Source: a virus (taxonomy: Duplodnaviria; Heunggongvirae; Uroviricota; Caudoviricetes). From it: a DNA stretch of 9,821 bases. Shown piece after piece: positions 6,967 to 9,821 of the stretch (within the stretch, counting starts at the first letter, position 1; each line of letters begins with the position of its first letter). Under the pieces are notes generated by a model, which saw only the letters and a list, made by a program, of their open reading frames with translations, had not been told where the DNA came from and did no database searches. The position numbers and the translations under genes are program-made. Location: IMG/VR virus record IMGVR_UViG_2703718828_000005; one strand, 5' to 3'.

Positions 6967-6988
6967 CGCTGCCGCCATTTTGTCGCCA
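6967..6988. repeat. attR: Putative attR core (cGCTGCCGCCATTTTGTCGCCA)
   Basis: 21/22-bp direct repeat of 19-40. Starts 1 nt after the ogr stop codon. Confidence 0.7.
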
Positions 6989-7043
6989 TCGTTAAAAAAC
7001 AGTGCTTCTAACATCATGATTTTAAACAGCATAAATTTCAGGC

Positions 7044-7089
7044 AACAAAAAACCCATCAACCTTGAACCGAAATGGCGGGGTTGATGGG
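7044..7089 (-). terminator. Candidate intrinsic terminator downstream of ybjL
   Basis: Perfect 10-bp inverted repeat CCCATCAACC (7053-7062) / GGTTGATGGG (7080-7089) followed on the minus strand by TTTTTTGTT (7052-7044). The loop is long (17 nt, ~11 with G-U pairs). Confidence 0.35.
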
Positions 7090-7201
7090 CTCCACAAAAT
7101 GGGGACATCAAAGAAAAGCAGTGGCACTAATTAAGACTGATGCCCTGCGGAAAAGTTCTGCGGTTGTGCAAAAAAATTTCATTTTCAGGGCAACTTCAGT
7201 T

Positions 7202-8887
7202 TTATCCTAATCCTGGCCATACCATGACGATGATTGTCCCTGCCAGCGTCAGCAGGACGTTGGCGATTGCATAGGTGCCCGCATAGCCCAGCGCCGGGAT
7301 GTTACTGCGAGCTGTATCACTGATGATCTCCATTGCCGGCGCGCAGGTACGTGCGCCCATCATTGCGCCGAACAACAGCGCGCGGTTCATTCGCAATACA
7401 TAAGCACCGAACAAGAAACAGATAACCACGGGCACCAGACTGACAATCAATCCGGCAATCAACATCTGACCGCCAATCGCGCCCAGGCCGTTATTAATAC
7501 CGCTACCGGCGCTCAGACCAACGCCTGCCATAAACACCATCAAGCCGAACTCTTTCACCATGCTTAATGCACCCTGCGGAATGTAACCGAAGGTCGGGTG
7601 GTTAGCACGCATAAAGCCCAGCATAATTCCGGCGAATAACAACCCGGCAGCGTTCCCCATGCCGAAACTGAATGTGCTGAACTGGAAGGTGATCATCCCG
7701 ATCATCAGCCCAATAACAAAGAAGGCGCAGAATGCCAGCAGGTCAGTGACCTGGCTGTGAATCGAGATAAAGCCGATGCGATCGGCGATGGTTTTTACGC
7801 GGCGGGCATCGCCGCTGACTTGTAAAACGTCACCTTTGTTAAGCACGACGTTGTCATCTATCGGCATCTCAATCTGGCTACGAATGACGCGGTTAAGGAA
7901 GCAACCGTGATCGGTCAACTTCAGTTGTGCGAGACGTTTACCTACAGCGTTATGGTTTTTAACGACCACTTCTTCAGTGACGATACGCATGTCGAGAAGG
8001 TCACGATCGAAAACTTCTTTACCGTTACGGAAGCTGGGATCGAGTCGGGCATGGGCGTCGGGATAGCCTACCAACGCTATTTCATCGCCCATTTGTAGCA
8101 CGGCATCACCGTCTGGATTTGCCAGAATCCCGTTACGTCGAATACGTTCAATGTAGCAGCCGGTTTGTCGATAAATACCCAGTTCACGCAGATTTTTGCC
8201 GTCGGTCCAGGCCACCAGTTCCGGGCCGACGCGATAGGCGCGGATCACCGGTAAATAAACCTTACGGTTGGCATCAGTGTCCAGGCCACGTTCGCGGGCG
8301 ATTTGCTGGGCGCTGGTCTGTAAGTCCTGATGCTGCAATTTCGGCAAGTAACGCGCACCAACAATCAAACTCACCAGACCGATTAAATAGGTTAAGGCAT
8401 ACCCGAGGCTCAGATTATCCAGTGCCAGTGAGAGCTGCCTGCTTTCCATGCCGGAATGACGCAGTGTATCGCCAGCACCGACCAGAACCGGTGTCGACGT
8501 CATAGAGCCTGCTAACATACCGGCCGTCAGGCCAATATCCCAGCCAAACAGCTTACCTAACCCTAAGGCGATCACCAGCGCACTGCCAACCATCACCAGT
8601 GCTAACATTAGGTAATTTTTCCCATCGCGAAAAAAAATGGAAAAAAAGTTCGGTCCGGCTTCGACCCCGACGCAGAAAATAAACAGCATAAAGCCAAGAT
8701 TAAGCGCATCGGTGTTAATGCTGAAATGTTGTTGGCCTAATAACAGCGATACGACTAAAACGCCAATGGAATTACCCAGTTGGATCGAACCAAGTCGTAA
8801 CTTTCCGAGACATAGCCCAAGCGCGAGGACCACAAATAATAACAGAATGTAATTCCCATTTAACAATTCGGCGACGTTTATATTCAC
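7202..8887 (-). CDS. ybjL: YbjL-type putative transporter (AAE/YidE-YbjL family, two transmembrane domains flanking a cytoplasmic regulatory region)
   Basis: 561 aa. N-terminus [25 protein letters not shown]... recognised as E. coli YbjL. Conserved synteny with ybjM and grxA. Start appears to be GTG with a weak SD. Confidence 0.85.
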
Positions 8888-9156
8888 GGAGGCTAACTTC
8901 TTGTTTACTAGTAAGCTGTTGAAAGAAATGGTAATTTACGATAATGTTTTTTACCAGAATTCAGGGCGCAGATTCATTCAGCGCACCTAAACGATAGTAA
9001 AGTAACAATATATTTTACTAGTGTAATCACATTAGGTATCAACGGCTATATGAATTGCGTTGGCCTATATTAGCATGGAATGCGAAGCGGCTTTATCTTA
9101 CTGAACGCCACACTGGCGAAAAATGTGTTCGATAGACGCAGTGTCAGGAGGAACGA

Positions 9157-9534
9157 GTGAAACATAAACAACGTTGGGCGGGGGCAATCTGCTGTTTTGT
9201 CCTCTTCATTGTGGTGTGCCTTTTTCTGGCGACGCACATGAAAGGCGCTTTTCGGGCTGCCGGGCATCCTGAAATCGGCTTGCTATTTTTCATTCTTCCT
9301 GGAGCAGTCGCCAGCTTCTTTTCACAGCGTAGAGAAGTCCTGAAACCTCTGTTTGGCGCAATGCTGGCGGCACCCTGTTCGATGCTCATTATGCGGCTGT
9401 TTTTTTCACCGACGCGCTCATTCTGGCAAGAGCTGGCATGGTTACTAAGCGCGGTGTTCTGGTGTGCGCTGGGGGCACTGTGTTTCTTATTTATCAGTAG
9501 TTTGTTTAAACCACAGCACAGAAAAAATCAGTAA
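9157..9534 (+). CDS. ybjM: Inner membrane protein YbjM
   Basis: 125 aa, multiple hydrophobic segments. GTG start with AGGAGG 5 nt upstream. Position between ybjL and grxA as in E. coli. Confidence 0.8.
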   Translation: MKHKQRWAGAICCFVLFIVVCLFLATHMKGAFRAAGHPEIGLLFFILPGAVASFFSQRREVLKPLFGAMLAAPCSMLIMRLFFSPTRSFWQELAWLLSAVFWCALGALCFLFISSLFKPQHRKNQ

Positions 9535-9554
9535 AGCCCTCAACGCGAGGGCTT
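9534..9554 (-). terminator. Intrinsic terminator between convergent ybjM and grxA
   Basis: 8-bp stem AAGCCCTC / GAGGGCTT with 5-nt loop. On the minus strand it is followed by a U-tract (ACTGATTTTTT), placing it just downstream of the grxA stop. Confidence 0.55.
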
Positions 9555-9563
9555 GTCAGACGA

Positions 9564-9821
9564 TCAGGCGTCCAGATTTTCTTTCACCCATGCAGCAAAA
9601 TCGGTATAGCCGCCGATATGTTGCTGATCGACAAAAATCTGCGGCACGGTTTCTACGGGTTTACCTGCCTTTTGTTGTAGATCTTCTTTAGTGATCCCTT
9701 CCGCACGAATATCTACATACTGATACTGAAAATCATCGCGTTCATTGCTCAATTTCTCAGCCAGATCTTTTGCACGCACACAGTAAGGGCAACCCGAACG
9801 ACCAAAAATAACGGTTTGCAT
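9564..9821 (-). CDS. grxA: Glutaredoxin 1
   Basis: 85 aa with the CPYC active site. Sequence recognised as E. coli GrxA along its whole length. Start codon is at the window edge. Confidence 0.95.
   Translation of the reverse strand: MQTVIFGRSGCPYCVRAKDLAEKLSNERDDFQYQYVDIRAEGITKEDLQQKAGKPVETVPQIFVDQQHIGGYTDFAAWVKENLDA

Larger units (their letters stand above)
19..6988. mobile_element. Defective P2/186-family prophage remnant (int, cI, apl, cII, early operon, dam, truncated A fused to D fragment, ogr)
   Basis: Gene order matches the integrated P2/186 map (attL-int-C...A...D-ogr-attR). Bounded by a 21/22-bp direct repeat. No capsid, tail, lysis or terminase genes are present between A and D. 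Confidence 0.8.

Noticed and set aside
7907-8852. ORFs 7907-8098, 8119-8505 and 8637-8852 (+), antisense to ybjL
   Set aside because: Antisense to a long conserved transporter gene; the Arg/Pro-rich composition is typical of shadow frames.
9070-9691. ORFs 9070-9267 (-), 9144-9389 (-) and 9464-9691 (+) around ybjM and grxA
   Set aside because: Overlap the better-supported ybjM and grxA genes on the opposite strand.
1-9821. CRISPR arrays, tRNA genes (including a tRNA integration target at the att sites), IS elements
   Set aside because: No spaced direct-repeat arrays, no tRNA-like sequence at or near either att repeat, and no transposase or terminal inverted repeats were seen.

Overview
The window has two parts. 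Positions ~19-6988 are a defective P2/186-family prophage remnant, and ~6989-9821 is Escherichia-type host chromosome (ybjL, ybjM, grxA). The remnant is bounded by a 22-bp imperfect direct repeat (19-40 and 6967-6988) that I read as attL/attR. It carries, in order: a tyrosine integrase (minus strand), a small AT-rich secreted cysteine-containing peptide gene, a 186-like CI repressor, then divergently Apl/Cox, CII, four small early ORFs, a TraR/DksA-type zinc-finger protein, a Dam-type adenine methyltransferase, and a replication gene A truncated at ~6350 and fused out of frame to the 3' end of tail gene D, followed by an intact Ogr/B-type late activator. The whole morphogenesis/lysis module is absent. 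The most notable sequence-level observation is a near-consensus LexA (SOS) box inside a strong sigma-70 promoter immediately upstream of int. All calls rest on reading the six-frame translations and motifs by eye; no database search was run, so family names are recognition-based and gene-level names for the small early ORFs are deliberately left blank.
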